Shown here: piece by piece, positions 36,376 to 37,577 of the stretch
How the letters are laid out: the number at the start of each line of letters is the position of its first letter
Position numbering within the stretch: the first letter of the stretch is position 1
Assembly: GCA_964255105.1 (NCBI GenBank)
Contig: CAXUWE010000006.1
Location: forward strand, 1-37,577
From: Porpidia crustulata
Lineage: Eukaryota
Reading direction: 5' to 3'
DNA: 37,577 nt
Translations under genes and position numbers: made by a program
The notes under the pieces: generated by a model
Told to the model about the DNA's origin: nothing
The model's input: only the letters and a program-made list of their open reading frames with translations
Database searches by the model: none

Positions 36376-37577
36376 ATGCCTTCTTCACCACGCACACCAA
36401 CACGACGGCGCAAATCCTCGACTCGGTCATCTCAGGGCATCGATCCAGCATTGACAGCTCAAAGCTCTCAGGTAAATCAACACATCCCGGACCATCAATC
36501 TCACAGCCGGAAGTCCTCCCTCTACTCGGTACCTTCTCCTTCGACGCCTCGACCGGGAACATCACACTCTCGCAATGGCGATTTTGGATTTTCTAGCGGC
36601 TTTGATAACGGGCTTGGGAGTCTAGCAGACGAATTAGCAGAGGTCTACAGCGATGAAGAGGATGGCGAGCATGAAGGCAGGCTGCTAGTAGATCCGTTCA
36701 TTGGGCAGGCAATTGCTGCCAACGGACACCAAGAAGTGGAAAAATCCCGCCTGGGCGATGGCAAAGCATTGCAGGTTGGGATATCATTCTCGCCAATGGC
36801 CAGCGACGCTAGTATGTTACAACAGTCTACGGGCTCGAAGCACCGTCAAAAACGTTCGCGGCATCATCGCTCTATCGATGGCGACAGTTCCGATCAAGAA
36901 GAAGCAGATGGCCTTCCATCTTTACTTGAAGCGCGGCTAGCTACTATCGAGGCCCTTGCGAAAGAAGGTACCGCAACCAGTGACAACGAAGCCGGCGCCG
37001 TGATCAAGCGAGTCGCCGAATCCCTCAAAGACCTAGGTTCTCAATCTGGTGTCGAAAGCGGGACAACACGGTCGGTCTACTTCGACCAAATCTTCTATAT
37101 CCAAACCATAGTAATGCTAAAACTCTTTTCTCTAGCCTCATAACCACCCATAACGCCCTATCGACTCACTTAACCTCCCAGACCCGCCTCCTTCAAATTC
37201 TTTCCCAATCCCTTTTCTCCCCCCTTTCCCTCCCTCCAGATGTCTCTCTCACTGAGCCCCTCCTTCCTGACATTGCGACCCTCCTACTGCACCTCCCAGC
37301 CCCAGACCCGCAGCCTCTCACAGTCCTCCACGCCCTCCAATTCAGCACAACCGACCTTATAACCACGTTCTCCCTTCTCTCCGACACATTACACATGACG
37401 CGCCAGACCATGTCGCTCGCCTCCAGACGGCTACGCGCAAGTAAGGATATGGTGGAAGACCTGAGGAGAGAGGGGGAGTTGAAGGACGAAGGAGTGAGGT
37501 GGGTAGAGAAGGGCGGTTGGGAAGAACGACTGCGTGGAAGGGAGTGCGCGAGGGTGTGCGGTGACATGGTAGGGGGT
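36376..37577 (+). CDS. Conserved fungal hypothetical protein, 3' end outside the window; exons 36376-37070, 37136->37577
   Basis: GLGSLADELA and LKDLGSQSGVESGTTR|LITTHNAL across intron 37071-37135 (GTCGGT..GCTAA..TAG). The frame stays open through LSDTLHMTRQT..ASRRLR..GWEERLRGRECARVCGDMVG to the window end. Confidence 0.8.

Overview
Eukaryotic, intron-rich DNA from a filamentous ascomycete (Pezizomycotina-type GT-AG introns of about 50-130 nt with CTRAY branch sites; the exact lineage cannot be fixed from the sequence). Gene models were spliced by hand. In order: an AhpD/carboxymuconolactone decarboxylase-like protein ending in a PTS1-like AHL, a C2H2 zinc-finger transcription factor, DNA primase large subunit (PRI2), a patatin/TGL-like lipase, an LRR protein, protein phosphatase 1 (GLC7/bimG), SAR1, a small RNase-T1-fold secreted-protein gene with a frameshifted start, a DUF2457-like protein, ATP synthase delta (ATP16), a hypothetical protein, the NatB catalytic subunit (NAT3) and a conserved hypothetical gene cut off by the window end. 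Most notable: (1) the C2H2 factor has an in-frame TGA in a CARYYA leaky-stop context that separates the zinc fingers from a 142-aa C-terminal domain, and this TGA also lies inside a possible 48-nt intron; (2) the same gene has two in-frame alternative 5' donors that include or skip 188 aa; (3) the RNase T1-like gene appears catalytically dead, recalling RALPH-type effectors. No rRNA, tRNA, CRISPR array or intact transposon was recognised.
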